Shown one piece after another: positions 15,101-30,100 of a stretch of DNA of 64,000 nucleotides. Each line of letters opens with the position of its first letter. Within the stretch, counting starts at the first letter, position 1. Where the stretch lies: assembly GCA_040954595.2 (NCBI GenBank), contig CM082591.2:8596380-8660379 (forward strand), read 5' to 3'. A program made the translations under genes and the position numbers. This DNA comes from Balanoglossus misakiensis. Taxonomy: Eukaryota; Animalia; Hemichordata. The notes beneath the pieces are model-generated. The model was not told the DNA's origin and did not search any database. It saw nothing but the letters and a program-made list of their open reading frames with translations.

Positions 15101-18100
15101 TGTCTTATTAGTCCTTCGGTCAAGGGGACTCAGAAGTTGGTTGATATCTGTAGCGACTATGGTAATACTCATGATATTTTATTTAATGACAAAAAGACTA
15201 ACTGTATGTGTATCAAATCGGATTCCTCTATGAATCGTCGCATTCCTACTGTTTATCTTAATGGAGTTAAACTAGCATTTGTAACAAAGAAAAAGCATCT
15301 GGGTTTCATCCTCAACGATCATCTCCATGATGATGATGATATTGAGCGACAGATGCGATGTTTTTATGTGTCAGCTAACATGCTTAAGAGAATTTTTTTC
15401 AGATGTACTTTTGACATTAAGAGTATTCTCTTCAAAACATATTGTTACCAAATGTATGGAAGCCCAATGTGGGTAAAATTCACTGTCAGCTCAATGAGGA
15501 AATTGAAAGTTGCATATAACAACGCTGCTCGTATCCTATTGGGATATGACAGACGAAGTAGTGTGAGCTCTATGTTTGTGACGAACAGAATTGATACATT
15601 CGATGCCCTGCATAGAAGGCAAATTTTTAGTCTCAAGCAACGACTTTTGAACTGCCAAAATGTCATTGTGCGGCAAGTGCATGATACACTGTATTTTAAT
15701 TCTGAAACTTTGAGCTTTTGGAATAAGCTTCATTTTGTCATTTAGATATATATGTAATTTAATTTTTTTTTCCCTTTCAACTAAATAGTCCTACTGTAAT
15801 ATGGACCATGAGTCCAAAATAAAGTTTATAATAATAATAATATAATAATAATAATAATTGCTATGTTGATGCAACATAAACTGTTACAGCAGTTGTATAA
15901 CATATCAATTTAACCACATTATTATTATCAGCATCATCAACTAACATACCATCTTTTGGATTCCATACTTAATAGGATGAAAACTTTACTTTTGAATCAA
16001 GACCTCTGTACATAGCAGCTGCAAAGTATGAGAGCGTGGAATTTGTCAATGTCTTAAAAGATATGGGAGATGGCATAGATGGTACAAAAGATGACGTAAG
16101 TTTTAATTTACCAACTGCATAAGAAATATGTTGCATGTGTATTTAAGCATGTAGCTGGCAGTGTATAAATAACAATGATATCTCACAGAAATTTACGTAT
16201 TCATCAGGAAAAAAAGCTGACAGATATACGTACCCAATGTCGTAAATATTTTTAATTGACAAATAGTAATTATATTAAATTTGCAGACTGGTATGACTGT
16301 ACTCCATGAAGCTGCAGCCAATAATTTTCCTAACGCAGTGGATATCCTGATAGACGCTGGGGCAGATAAAGACAAAACAGATAAGGTATATATTTCATTA
16401 TAAATATGATGACTTTAGTATGTATCAACTATTACAAATTCTATAGCATTAGTTGATGTATGGTAATTTTCCCACATAATCATATTTCAAGGTTGGTGAC
16501 ACAGCTCTGCACTATGCTGTAAAGAATAGACATCACCAGGTTGTCAAAGTGTTAATAAACAAAGATGTGGACCTGAACTTAGACAATGAGGTAAGTGTTG
16601 ATCATATTTCTTTATTACCACCCTATGGGTTCTTCTTTATATTCATACTGCAATTTGTAATGCATGTGTTAATGAAATACGGTTATATGTTGAATAGAAG
16701 ATAAATTTATTATAGCAATTTCATTTAAAAACTAGCGACAGGTGAAATTATAGATCAAATATTTCTTTACTTCTAGAATGGTGAGACACCACTCTATTGT
16801 GCTCTCAAACTTCGGGACATTGAGTCTGCCAAACATTTGCTTAATGCAAATGCCCGTCTGCACAAGGATGTGGTAAGCTAAATTTTAATAGCAACATTTC
16901 ATTCATATCATATTTATTATATATTTTGTCAGTAAACATTATTATGAAAGGGACATTAACTGTAACATTTGACTTTATTTTCAGTATTTATGTTCTGTGT
17001 ACCAAATGCAATTTCTTGTTCTAGTCCGAACAGCATGCTAATATACCCATAGTACTCTGCTTGTCAACATATCCTGTATGTGTGTAACGACCATTGTAAT
17101 TATTGACTCTTTAATTCTAGTCTGGACTTGAATGCAAATATTGCACAATAACATTGCTGATTATATGCATAGTATGGATTGTGTTGATAAGCTTAATGCC
17201 AGGCATTTCATCATGCTTCAGGGAGTTGAACGTTAAACTGCTGTATAATCACACACAACAAAAATACTTAAGACCGAAAAGTTAGAGCTAGAGCTTTAAT
17301 TGATAAAAATAATTCCTTTATGTTGGCATATTGTTTGAATATTTGTTGAGTTTAGTGAAATTGTTAACTAACTGCATAAAGTGTAGTGAAATTTGGTAAA
17401 GTTGCTGTTCTGGCATTGATAACACACTTAGAGGTAAATCATTGTAACATTTTAATTCCAGGATATGGCTATAGTATTTAAAGAGAAACCTGTACCACAA
17501 AATATAATTTCTGATTATTGTGTTTACTATAGCAATACAATATAATTTGGGTCAATTAATGACATACATTAATGCTTTTAAAATAAATATTTTATGGTGG
17601 AAATTCTATCATGTTGTAGCATGGAACATCAAATATTGAACAGTTGTTCTGGGCGATCAAAACATATGAGGAAGAAATGGTAGAAGATCTTTTGAAAGCT
17701 GGTGTGAAAATAGATGAACAAGCACAGGTAAAGAGCCCTGGAATGTTTTCAGCTCATATTAAGGACCCTTTCACGTCACATTTGAAATGAGTCACATTTG
17801 AAATGGGTTACTTTGCTGAAATCTTGCAAAGCAGTACTCAGAAATCAGTCTTGATTTCATTTAAAAATGTCTTCATTTATGCAATGATTTCAGAAATTTA
17901 CCAGGCATCCATTTTTGAAACATAACCATAATTTTCCAAACAACTTTAAAATTTAAAATATTCTCATAATTTCTTTGTCATGAAAATGTTTTTTTTTCCC
18001 CATTCAGGATGGTCTTTCAGCTCTACAACATTATGCAAAGGATGGTGATGAAAAGGCTGTCGCTATACTTATTGGTAGACATGCAGATGTCAATAAACAT

Positions 18101-21100
18101 TCAAAGGTAAACATCTGATTTGTATCTTTTAATGTAAAATTAAATAGATCAAGCAAGGTCATATGTATAGGATGTACATGTCTTGGGACAGATTTTCAGA
18201 ATAATTACGGTCCTCAAATCTCTTTGAGTTGTTTGATTAACTAATAGTAAACGAATGTGCAAACCGTACCATTTACATGTGTACTAGTAAACTGTATTGT
18301 TTCTAAAAAAGAAAGTGTCAGGTATACTAGCAAAATGATGTTTGGGTATTTATTGAGATGGTTTTGTAATTTTAGTTCTCTATGTTTTTGTTTCAGGAAG
18401 GTTTTACAGCCCTGTATTATGCAGCAGCACAGAGTCATGTTAAAGTAGCCAAGAACTTAATTGAGAGTAAAACAAAACAGCTACATTGCAAAAACACGGT
18501 GAAGTTTTACTTTGATTCTTTCACTAATATGTATTTGTACTTTTCTATATGCTTTCTCAAAATGGATAAGTATTGGTATCTTGACTTTATATGGATCACA
18601 TTTATCTCACACCAAGTTAAAATAATATAATGTTTTCAATATAATACCAACAGACAACCATGTTACACTGGGCTGTTGAAAACAATGAATATACTGTGGC
18701 AGAGACTCTCATCAAGGCAGGACAGGATATAAATGAAGTTGTTCAAGGATTGGATAAGGTATGTGGCTATGATAATGATACTAATGATCTGTACAATTTT
18801 ATAAACAGGCCTGTGTCACCACCATCAATATCAACCATGACATAGATGAGAATGGTATATTGTAATTGGTCAACCAAAGTATAAATGCTGGTATTTTCTG
18901 TTCAGCGCAATGAGAAAATTGGCTTGTGTTTGGGATATTTGTGTTTTGTGATATTATATTTAAAACAAAACAACATTTATATTTCTGTAGGACTCACCTG
19001 ATGGTGTTACTGTTCTGCATGTAATGGCTCATAATCAGGACCCAAAGTATACAGAACTATGCCTCCAGCTTAAAGCAAAAGTCAATGTCTTGGACAAAGT
19101 AAGTTTACTGATTCAATAAAGATAACCTGTGATTTAGACAATTTTTTTCACATCTGAAATGGTCCTACATTGACCAAGCAACATAGATGTATATGAATTA
19201 TCGTTATATTTTTGAGTATTGTCTAGACAAGTTACATATTGACATTGTAATGATAATTAACACTTTTTAAGCAAAAATTAATGTAAAGGTATATTCAGGG
19301 ATTGCACAATATTTTCCTGACATCAACCCTGTAACCCATAAAAAGATAATTTTCAATCAAGCACATCATTTTTCTTTATCTTGCTATCTTATACTTTATA
19401 AGTAACATATGTTAAATGCAAAATAAATCTTCCAACAGGAAGTGTAATTTTAACATTCTTGCTGTGGTTTGTTTTCTCATTAGAAAAACTACACTCCGTT
19501 GTACTATGCTGTGCAGAAAAAGAATACAGACACAGTTAGAATTCTTCTAAAGGCAAATGCAAACTTTGTTGACGAAAATGGGGTAAGTTTTTTTTGTGTC
19601 TCAGTCTAACAATCAATGTTGAAGAAGATTTGACCTTGGACCTATTCACCTGGCCAATCCATCTGGCAATACATGGTTCAATAACTGAGCCAAGATAATG
19701 CAGTTGTGAACCTGCTGCCCCACACGACCAATGTTTTGTGAAACATATACACAATACATCCATAAACTGTCAGAATGATGTTCAAATTGCTCATCTTGGC
19801 TTTTGACATCCAAAAGGGACAATATGTTTATCACTGCTACCAGCTCAGGACAGAAGCTCAAATGTTACCTTATAGAATTTAAAATGTTATCACATGAACT
19901 GGCCCGTATAGCCACCTGTGTGACGTAGAACAGGTCGAATAAAAAATCTGAATTTACCCCTGTTCTACGTCATCAACCAGAACTATTTTCACTGATTCAC
20001 CTGTCGCTATAACTTTCTTGTAAAACGGAATAACAAGTGCATAAACTTGTAGTTGTACATAATGGAAATAAGACTGAAAGTTCCATGACGGTTCCGTAAG
20101 AATATCGCTGGATAAAATCAATACGAGAAAGGTAGAATTTGAAAAGTCAAGGCTACGATCGTGAATGTGTGCTCTCAGCTAGCGAGCCTGGTCCCGAGCG
20201 AACCAGCACACTTGATTGTAGGCTTACGGAAGTTACGAGAATGGTTTTGACGACTAAAAATCTGGATTCTGTCCACCGGTCAACGAAATGTATAAGACGT
20301 GGAAAAACATCGCAGTTCTTTTGTTTGAGAATCGAAAACATTTGTCTGGGGTCCAAGGCTGAGATTCTGTACGAGGGTTGCAGTTTCTGCGGAAACACAA
20401 CGGCGCTGACTAGCCAGGCCGACGCAAACGCAACTGTGAACATCGTTCCTGGACTAATATTTTTAATATCCTGTCACAATTACGGTTTTAGGATATATGG
20501 CAATGGAACTGTGTTTATTTTTTCATAAAGTTTTACATGAAGGGCGTCATTTTTTCTGTCAAACTGCGACTTGCAGCATAATTTTGCGGGTGAACTCAAC
20601 ACGATTACTTGCTAGGACGTTGTGTTGACATGTACACAGCGTGAGACGATGATTGACAGGCATAATGTATCAAAATTCTGGCCCATGTGACTGACTCCAT
20701 GAATCTGATTGGTAGACAAGACGCAAATGTGTATAAACTTAAGGTCGATTTCACTTTATGAATGAAAGTGATTCCATAATTAGCATATCTCGTGGGGGTC
20801 ACAGATCGTTGCGCAGGGGAAAGAACGTAATCCTGCTAAATAAACTGCAAGGCCGCTCGAATATTTTAGCAAGATATTGGATTATTTTTATCCTACCTCT
20901 TCTAACGAAAATAAGAAGACTGTTCATGTGATAAATATATAATCCCATGATAATTTTCTTTGTTTCTCGTGGTTTTCGCGGAGTCGTACAACTTCTCGCC
21001 TACGGCTCGAAGTTGCACTGCTCCGCGAAAACCACTCGTATACGATGACGTCAAACAAAGAAAAATATCATGGGATTATATATAAAGAACGATGTGTTTT

Positions 21101-24100
21101 TTTATATGTTTATATTGCTATGTTAATGCAACAGCTAGTGGAAACAATGTTGTTAGTCAAGCTGTCAAAGATTGACCATTCTACTGTGTACTTCATATTA
21201 TAATGATCAGCAGCCACAATTGAGTACATCACAAATGACCTTTCATTTCTGCATATTACTACTTTCATTTGATGAATGCATACATTAGGTATTAGATGGA
21301 ACTGTTACAGCAGTGGAATGACATATCACTTTAACCACATTATTATCAGCAGCAGCAGCATCATCTAACAATTAAACCATCTTTTGGATTCCATACTTAA
21401 TAGGATGAAAACTTTCTTTCTGAATCAAGACCTCTGTACATAGCAGCTGCAAAATATGAGAGCATGGAATTTATCAATATCTTAAAAGATATGGGAGATG
21501 GCATAGATGGTACAAAAGATGACGTAAGTTTTAATTTACCAACTGCATAAGAAATATGCTGCATGTGTATTTAAGCATGTAGCTGGCAGTGTATAAATAA
21601 CAATAATATCTCACAGAAATTTACATATTCATCGGGGAAAAAAGCTGACAGATATACCCAATGTCATAAATATTTCAAATTGACAAATAGTAATTATATT
21701 AAATTTGCAGACTGGTATGACTGTACTCCATGAAGCTGCAGCCAATAATTTTCCTAACGCAGTGGAGATCCTGATAGACGCTGGGGCAGATAAAGACAAA
21801 ACAGATAAGGTATATATTTCATTGTAAATATGATGACTTTAGTATGTATCAACTATTACAAATTCTATAGCATTAGTTGATGTATGGTAATTTTCCCACA
21901 TAATCATATTTCAAGGTTGGTGACACAGCTCTGCACTATGCTGTAAAGAATAGACATCACCAGGTTGTCAAAGTGTTAATAAACAAAGATGTGGACCTGA
22001 ACTTAGACAATGAGGTAAGTGTTGATCATAATTCTTTATTGCCTCCCTATGGGTTCTTCTTTATATTCATACTGCAATTTGTAATGCATGTGTTAATGAA
22101 ATATGGTTATATGTTGAATAGAAGATAAATTTATTATATATAATAGCAATTTCATTTAAAAACTGGCGACAGGTGAAATTATAGATCAAATATTTCTTTA
22201 CTTCTAGAATGGTGAGACAGCACTCTATTGTGCTCTCAAACTTCGGGACATTGAGTCTGCCAAACATTTGCTTAATGCAAATGCCCGTCTGCACAAGGAT
22301 GCCGTAAGCTAAATTTTAATAGCAACATTTCATTCATATCATATTTATTATTATAAGAAGTGTTAGTAATTGTTGTGTTTACTAAAGCAATGCAATAAAA
22401 TCTATGTCAGTCAATAACAGACATTATTATACATCTAGTGCCGAGAACAATAGATTTTGGCGTGCAATAAAAAGCCGTACGGAACGGTACGTACGGAACG
22501 CGCGTTAAATAAGCCTTAGTTTCAAGGCGCCCTAAACTCACCGTGTACAGGTATCCGCTGTTATGCGAACGGTTTCAAGGCGCCCGCATTCCAACGCACG
22601 TGCGCACACGTAAACAAAAAAGAAAGATGGCTGCTCACTGAGTCAACTGAGCGGTTTTCGATCGATTGTATCGGCATTTTGGGCGTTTTGAAAGCCAAGT
22701 AACATGCAACACAAGAACTAACGGAGATGTAAGATGTATAATAATAAGGTTATTACGAAAATACCACAAAGTATGCACTCGGACATTAGCGCAGCGCATC
22801 GCCCTCCGCTGCACGTCGGGCGATACTTGGCGCTAATGTCCTCGTGCATACTTTGCGGTATTTTCGTAATAACCTCATATGATGCATTTTTGAAATTAAT
22901 AATTTATGGTGGAAATTATATCATGTTGTAGTGTGGAACATCAAATATTGAACAATTATTGTGCAATGAGTGATCAGAATATTTTTGTACAGATCATCTA
23001 CTAAGGCAAATGCTTGTGGGCATGAGAATGTAGTATGTTTTTTCCCCATTGTTATTAATATTGATGATATTGCAGTGCAGCAGTATTAGTGAAGTACATT
23101 CACTACAAACCTATAATAGAAATATACAGTAGAGACAAAATGTGCCACTAATGATGTTTATGTCTTATACATATGTTTCCCAGATATGAAGTAGTATTGT
23201 AATGGTATGGTTACACTGACGCAAGTATATTTTGGCTTGGCAGACACATTAATCATTCTGCTCTTTTAAATCTTATAGCGTGATTCGAATAACATATCAC
23301 AGTTGTTATGGGTTGCTGAGCATTACAAAGAAGAAATGGTTGAGGAACTTGTAAAAGCTGGTGTAAAAATAGATGAACTTCTAGAGGTAAAAATGTTTTT
23401 CATGGTTAGTTAAATAATTACCATTGTGGTTGGCAAACAATAATTATCAAATTAACACAAAACTACTCAATATCTTCTACTACACAAGACCAATACAGGA
23501 TCATTATATGTACTAACCTTTCATCAATCTTATAGCAGTAATGTAGGAAATATATTTTTAATTACAAAGATTCATTAAATCTGTGAAGCATAAAAATTAA
23601 TACAAAATATTTTCATAAGGAGTGATAATGTTGATAATGTTCAATCTTACCCTCCTCCAGGATGGACTCTCACCACTACATCACTTTTCTGAGCGTGGTG
23701 ACATGAAAGCAGTTGCAATACTCTTGCAAAAAAAAGCAAACATCAACGTTTACTCAGAGGTAAGTCTTGAAATTCATTTTTGTTGCATTTAACAGTTCAC
23801 AGTAAACCAATTCGAATATCAACCATTAACTTTGGTTAGTTATTGTTTCTTAGAACTTTGGTTAACTTTGGTTAGTTATTGTTTCTTAGACAAAGACAGT
23901 CAACCGGTATGTAGCTGTGAAGTTTACAAAATGTCAAATATCATATATTTTCATCAGGAAATGCAATGCTCAATACAACCTTGCACTCCTCCAGAATGGA
24001 CTTCCACCCCTACATCATTTTGCTAACATGTGGATAATTATGACGTGTTTGTAGTATTTATTTTCCTGTTTTTCATCATTTTGCTAAGCTTGCGAATCAT

Positions 24101-27100
24101 TTTTGATGTGTTTATAACATAAATTGTCCATGTTTTTGTAGGGTGGGCGTACTGCACTGTACTTTGCGGCAGCAGGAACACATGTTGAACTAACGAAAGA
24201 GCTGCTGAAACACGAAGAAATAAAATTGCATGATAAATGCAAGGTACTGGTATATGCAGTTGATTTCCTCATGGTAGACATTCCATCACTGCTTTGTTAT
24301 CCACAAAAAAAAAAAACAATCCCATATAATACTTTAGATCTAAAGTGGAATTTCCAATTACAAAAGTTTAATATAACAACACCTACATTGTATGAGTGTT
24401 TCCGCTTTGTATATATATATATATTATTTTGTTAATTTTTATTCTAGTTTAGGTCCCATTGGTATACCATGGGACCTTATGGGATCGGTTGCGTCTGTAT
24501 GGATGGATGGATGGATGGATGGATGGATGGATGGATGGAAGGATGTATGTATGTCTGTATGTCCGTCCACATCAAAAACTTAAAAAACCCCTGCGTGTAT
24601 CACCTTGATATTTGGTGTGCAGATGCAGGCTGGGCTGTAGATGGGAGTTTGTTCAAATGAAGGTGTCATCGCCAAAAATATGCAAATTAGCTGGAAAAAT
24701 GTGAATTTGGTCAAAACTCAGTAACTCAAGAACTACTGGTCAGATTGCTTTGCAAAGTGGTGTGTATTTACTTTATTGAGTTGTTTTAATTAGGCAGGAA
24801 GTTCCCTGGTGTGATTGATTTACACAGCAAATTCCTGAATAATTACATAACTGGCTAAGTTTTAAAGAGGCCAGCTGTTCTATTTAGTGTATGTACAGTA
24901 CAGATGCCATTGGCAGCTTATGGGTCAGTCAGTGCTTGCCCATTGATCTCTCGCTATGTGTGTGTGTGTGTCTGTCTGTCTGTCTGTATATGGCCATGTA
25001 CTCCAGTGTAGACTTTTTCTTGTGTAATAACTCAATGGGACCACCGGGTCCTTGACGCGATTTTTTCATATTATCGTCTGATTTCAGACAACAAAGCTGC
25101 ATTGGGCTATTGACAGTTATGAACATAAAGTTGCTGAAACTCTTGTGAAAGCTGGGTTGGACATCAATGAAGATGTTCAAGGATTGGATGAGGTTTGTAT
25201 TTTGAAATGAAAATTTGCCTTGGAAAATGGCTTCATATTTTGCAGACAAGAGATGGAAACCTGATGAAGTGTCAAGCATTTTTTGTTTTTGTTTTTTGTT
25301 AATTACACTGTTTGCAAAGATAAGAAAGTGAATTACAACTGTTACAACAGACTGTGGCATGTATCAACAAGATGCATTAAGTGTACTTAACAGTATCTCA
25401 ATCAACACTAAATCCCATTAAATCATCAAACATTGTACAGTGAATAACAATGCCTGATAAGGAGGACTCCAAATTTTTTCTTCAGCAGTTTCGGCCCCCT
25501 TATAAATGACAAATTATGTTATACATTTAATTTTCAGTTAATGAGTGTTTTTAACACAATGTCAGTTACTAATACCTAATACAGATACAGTGTACAGAGC
25601 TTCGTTTTATATTCTTCATGTATAAAGCACAGTATGGTCCATTTTCATCAGTGATGTTGTATAAACCAGGGTTTCGCCATATAATGGTTCGCATTTATAT
25701 TTAGGGTATGGTGGAAGGATCAAAAGCCATCCATTTAATGGCAAGAAAAGAAGAACCAAAATTTGTTCAGTTGTGTTTGAAGCTGAAAGCAGATGTTAAT
25801 CCATTGGATAATGTAAGTTACCTGGTAAATACTAATGAATAAGAGGAATGGAAAGTGGTGTATAAATTTCATTTGTATCTTAGGCTGTGACTGGATTATA
25901 AGCCTCCACTAATTTATCTAAGAATATGAGGTTATCAGTTTCAACCAAGAGGTACGTGATATCAGGCCAACTCTTGGTTTGGCCATGTTGGTGTGAGTGT
26001 GGTTGTGAGCTGCATCACATGCAGTTCACAACCAAATGTCAAAAATACACAAATCAAACAAAAGACTGCAATGTCTACCTCACAGAAAAGTCTGCATAAT
26101 CAACCCTGACAAGGGCACAGTACTAATATTACCATCCGGTCCATGCTTATTTCAATATGTTGCCAAGAGAATGACAGCCAAAGACTTATCTAAAAAAAAT
26201 GTGTAAGAAGATTTTCATGTATACAGTAACCAATTGATCGTCTGATCACTGCAAATTGCTGGAAGTGATTATGTAAGTGATGTACAAGACCTCAAACGAC
26301 TGTTAAAACTGAGCAAGATGACCGTTAAAAACTGAAATAAAAACGCAATACATAACACCATAATCTTGATGACAGGGTTTTAAGGATCATAAATGAGTTT
26401 ACAATGCATGTGACTATTGGGTCTGATGGATCATTTAATCATCATGAAATTTGATGCATTCCACAGAACTATATACAAAATTCACAATTTTGAAAATAGT
26501 GTGCCAGTGTGTTTCATATTTCTTCAAAAAGAGCTCATCATGTCACAACACCAATCTCTTTATTCAAGGGAAAGAAGACCCCACTGTATTATGCAGTAAA
26601 GTGTAAGAATAAAGAAACTGTGAAAGTGCTGTTGTCAAGAGGTGCAAACTTTGTACGGGAAATCCAGGTAGGTGTTAAAAACATAAGTTAAATATATGAG
26701 TGAAAAGATCTTAATTGACACATTTCTTGCAAAAAAAACTAATCAACCTTAACTATTGTGGTTTTATTACTCAAACAAGTTTTGAATTACTTTACAGTCT
26801 TTGAGGGAGCTGCAATTATTTATGGCCTGGGGGTCGGAGGAATCATAGGGGGTCACTCAAAAACGGAAACTGGAAGGTGGGGGTTCTCAAAAAGTCGAGA
26901 CGAAGAGGGGTCACTCATTTTTTGGAAATAAATTAAGTGAAAGTATCTCAAAAGAAGAATTAAGTCAGGTACAGTTCGATTCCAACAGTGCTCCTCAAAA
27001 GGACATAATTGTCTGTGCCGTCATGCAAGAGTACCCAAAACACAGTTAATTTAATTTCTAAAGGTCATGCTTTCAGATCGGGTTTCACATTACATAAACA

Positions 27101-30100
27101 TTTCAACTCTATGTAAAATCAACTTGGATGTAGTAACATATGAGATATGGATGTACCGGTATGGTGTAACTTTCCAAATAAGTGTTTTTTATTTTCTTTC
27201 TATGATCATTTTTTTTCTTCAAAAAACTTAATTATTGGAGCCTTTACAAGACATGCAGTGAAGTGAGCTGCTATTTTACAATATGTCACATTTTGATTGG
27301 TCAATTTATAATTAGTTTTGGGTGATGTGCATGACCCGCATTTGCTGATGTTTTAATATGTAATTGTTCCGGGTTGGAGGGAGGGGGTGTTGGTCACTGA
27401 AATTTCTGTTAGAAATGATGGGGGGTACTCTGATTCTGCATGCTTGGCAGAGGTGGGGGGGGGGAGGGTTACTGCAAATTTTGGAGTTTCAAGTTAGATT
27501 CTTCCTACCCCGCCCCAAGGCAATAAATAATGACAGCTCCCTAAGCGTTTTTTTTCTCTTTCTAACAGAATGAACCTCGCATATCGCAATCATTCACCTA
27601 TTCACACAGACCTATATTCATAGCAGCTGCCATGTATGAAAATCTAAGCTTTGTTAAAGTACTCCAAGATGTTGGTATTGATTTAAATACAGCTGATGAT
27701 GTAAGTAAATTTAAATTTTTCATGTTCTTGGAGAACATTAAACACAAAATGGTTTAGTTCTATAATGTAGCAATAATTTAATTAACATTCTATTTTTTGA
27801 AAACTCATCTCAGCCATTTGCCAGGTTCAAAATTGTGACATATGGAGAAGGCTGGCAGGAAACATTAACACTGATAGAATTGTAATGCTATAATCTTTCA
27901 TGAAAGATTCTTGTCATTACCTCCTATGAAAAACAAGTACATAATAATAAAATGATAATTAATTCTAAAAAGATTTTAATCTTCTTGACCTTCAATGTCT
28001 GTTTTGTTAAAATTTAACACAAAAAATTGCCCGATTTATGTATACTTTTGGTTGACCCTGTATTACATGTTATTAGGAACTGTAACAGTTAAACAGGCCA
28101 GGTGCTTGTGACATATTGTTACGATCTGTATAAAGGTCAAATATGATTTTAAAGTTCAATTAATCCAGAGCTCGGGAATGTCATAGTATTTGATTTTATG
28201 TATTTGAAGTAGATAGGGAAAGCTGGTGTTTAACTGACTGCTCTGTTTGTCAATCATCATCGAACTGACTTTGTTATATAACGCTTATGTAAATTGGTAC
28301 GTATATAGTTGAATTGATGCCCAATGAAATTATAACACATTGTATTTGTGATATTTTACATGATTAACCACGCCTTGAGAAAAGTAATTATAAGAGAACT
28401 TTGTTTCCAAAGTTGTAAGACAATAAATCTAACGGGAGATGGGAGTACTGGGCATATTTGATGTACTGGTCAGGAGTAATTCTCGACAATAAATGAACGT
28501 GAATCATATACGTGTCTCCGTGAATCACTGTTCTCGTCAGAGCCCGTTATCTCATCGCTATGAAGTCCCCAATGCATGAACAACAATAATATTCAAGTGG
28601 TAATAATATCATATTTAACCTTGTACATCATTTTTGTATTATTTGTGAGTTCAGCATATAATAATGAATGCATTGCATATAGCATTAAATGGATCACAAT
28701 CTTCAACTGCAGTCTCATTTATTTCTAGAATGATCTGACCGTTCTGCAAGAAGCAGCAAAGGAGGGATTTGATAAAGCTGTCACTGTTTTACTAGAAGCA
28801 GGTGTAGAAGTAAACAAAACAGATCAGGTGTGTGTCTTATCCATGACATTTCTGTTGCAGATTTATATATATGTGGTATCATTACATAATGTCATAAAGA
28901 GGGACTGGTGGTGGCGGCCATGTATGTACAGAAATGTTCAATACGTGTCACCTATGTTCTTCGTGGTTTAAGTAATTAAAAGTTAAGATTTTTGCCAAAT
29001 TTTACATTTTTAACATAAATCGGTAGGTTTAATACTGACACACATTCTGGCAAAGGCATCTTGGCAGAAATGGTACATACTAACCACAAAATAGCACTTT
29101 TCTGAATGAGTCCGCAGCTTAAGAAATAGGTGTGTCAACAATGCAAATGGCCGTTTTTCTCAGTTTGCATTTTGGCTGCTATTGACAACTTCAGAAGAAT
29201 TCAGCTTCGCTCTGCGTTGGATGAATTTGCTCAAATTTTAGCAGGGGTATGACCTATCCAACAATATGAACATTTTATTAGTCGATAAACTGGCCATAGT
29301 GGGAATAAACTTTGATTCAATACAACTCATCGTGAATTTGATCAAATTTTCTAAAAATCTAACTTGTAAACGCTGTTACTCCTCAATGGAAGCAGAGAAT
29401 GCAAAATGTTAGTTTTTTTGCATGTGCACTCTAGTTTCAAATAACATGTTAAGATGCATGATGCAAATATGGTAAACCTTTTTACCTAATTCAAATTGAA
29501 TGACATAATATCAAAAAGTGGGTTTTTAACCCCAAAATGCCACCATTTCCAGGGGTCAATAAAATATGCAACTCAAACAAAAGTTGAAAAAAACTCAACT
29601 TTTAGAATATGTATGTTTTATAGGGGTTCTAACATTGGCTTTGATGAGAAATAGGCCTCTGATAAAGTCTTGGCGGTTTCATGCAATGTTTTCTGTGGTG
29701 GGTATGCGTGGCCTTGATCTACAGACCTATTTGTATGTAAGCACACTTGTGTCAAAATCTTTTGCTATCTTTTTACTGTTTACTGTCTTTCCCTATCTTA
29801 CATAAAGTTCATGGTAATGTGGGTGTCACTAAACAAACATGGCAATACTGAGATGCAATGAGACATCAAAAAGTAATACATTTATGTCAGAGGTTCCCCA
29901 AACCTGCAAAATTGTAGTCTCAGTGACCCAGCTACTTATTCAACCCAAAGCATGACCATTAAGCTGTAACATACCCTTTAAACATGGAGATTTAATGTTG
30001 GCAATTCAAATGTCCATTTTGCATACAGAGATGCTTTGTTTGCAATCCTCAATATAATAGGTGTTTGATTATGTTTCATGAAGAAGGGAATATTAATACA

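Larger units (their letters stand above)
5172..22350 (+). repeat. Tandem duplication of a 10-exon block (e-f-g-h-i-j-a-b-c-d), ~2.4 copies starting ~5172, ~15879, ~21300
   Basis: Exons and introns e-h are near-identical at 5269-6162, 15976-16872 and 21404-22303; exons i-d are near-identical at 11597-13540 and 17620-19582. Confidence 0.9.

Noticed and set aside
19887-21085. ORFs inside hairpin elements (20139-20528, 20153-20443, 4404-4688, 43034-43339) as transposases
   Set aside because: Short, no YR/HUH/DDE motifs, and frames are not conserved between the two B copies.
28890-29730. Possible Kolobok-like element in intron f-g (and its duplicate near 48980-49820)
   Set aside because: TE-like composition, but I could not find matching TIRs or a TSD, and there is no empty site to compare.
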